A stretch of DNA of 63,825 nucleotides, counting the filler, from Octopus bimaculoides (lineage: Eukaryota): NCBI RefSeq assembly GCF_001194135.2. It is 8 parts of 8 records of this genome, joined end to end, with 100 filler letters (N's around TTAATTAATTAA, not from the genome) between each part and the next. Parts side by side here need not be neighbours in the genome. Positions count along the whole stretch, not along the records: positions 61,605 to 63,825 come from NW_026415650.1; 7 more parts are not named here. The stretch is one strand, 5' to 3'. Shown here in pieces: positions 63,225 through 63,825 of the stretch; within the stretch, counting starts at the first letter, position 1, and every line of letters begins with the position of its first letter. The notes beneath the pieces are model-generated. The model was given only the letters and a program-made list of their open reading frames with translations, had not been told where the DNA came from and searched no databases. The translations under genes and the position numbers were made by a program.

Positions 63225-63513
63225 GAAAACACCTAAAGCTCCACGAGGCTCCTGCAGAGGATGGTGGCGAACCCTGCTGTTCTCTTTCACCACAACTTTC
63301 TCTCACTCTTTCTTCCTGTTTCTATTGTGCCTGTAATTCAAAGGGTCAGTCTTGTCACACTGTGTCACGCTGAATATCCCCGAGAACTACATTAAGGGTA
63401 CACGTGTCTGTGGAGTGCTCAGCCACTTGCACATTAATTTCACGAGCAGGCTGTTCCATTGATCGGATCAACTGGAACCCTCGACGTCGTAAGAGACGGA
63501 GTGCCAACAACAC
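63225..63513 (+). mobile_element. tRNA-derived SINE family B, 5' part hidden in a gap
   Basis: The 3' ~150 bp are identical to the 62281 copy; the 5' part differs by several substitutions. Confidence 0.85.
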
Positions 63514-63769
63514 AACTGCTTAGCTCTGCTTCTATTTCTCCGTTGTAATTCCCGTTGCATTGTGGGTATGTGATGCAGTAGATAAGATTTTGACTTTTGA
63601 AATTCATGTTTGCATTCGCCTTCAATTTATTGCCATTCTAGAATCTTTTGGTTGTTCCTTGTTCAATTATTTTATACGTCCCACAATCGGGTGGGGGTGG
63701 GGGGTCTCTGCAGTTTGTTACTTGCAGTATTTCTTTTTCCGATGGGAATCTCGCCTTTGTTATTCTTTT

Positions 63770-63825
63770 ATTCTTTTACTCGTTTACTTGTTTCAGCCAT
63801 TTGACTGCGGCCATGCTGGAGCACC
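63770..63825 (-). mobile_element. SINE family A tail end (runs off the window)
   Basis: TTACTTGTTTCAGCCATTTGACTGCGGCCATGCTGGAGCACC. Confidence 0.8.

Noticed and set aside
62281-63513. Tandem pair of family B SINEs with identical 3' halves
   Set aside because: Separated only by an N gap; likely the same locus or a collapsed-repeat chimera.

Overview
AT-rich, gap-riddled eukaryotic scaffold (many N runs, plus artificial 100-bp spacers containing TTAATTAATTAA) dominated by (TA)n/(TG)n/(CA)n microsatellites and transposable-element debris. The tRNA-headed SINE families look like those of an octopus genome; this is my recognition of the repeats, not something the window proves. No host gene can be confidently identified. 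There is one strong 48-nt micro-exon candidate and one weak open frame. Recognisable elements are several SINE families (including Nin/Deu-domain SINEs), Tc1/mariner elements (one with intact 30-bp TIRs and an apparent DD36E spacing, plus DD37D relics), hAT, Helitron ends and helicase relics, and RTE, Tx1/L1, R4/Dong-like and Penelope (GIY-YIG) retroelement fragments. The most notable signal is that at least four unrelated short repeat families each carry a minimal type-I hammerhead-ribozyme fold with a short palindromic stem III (ACGU, ACAUGU, inferred AUCCGGAU). Two of these families occur as inverted pairs, which suggests a family-diverse set of Penelope-type ribozyme-bearing non-autonomous elements. 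Nearly all ORFs in the supplied track are artefacts of microsatellites or N runs.
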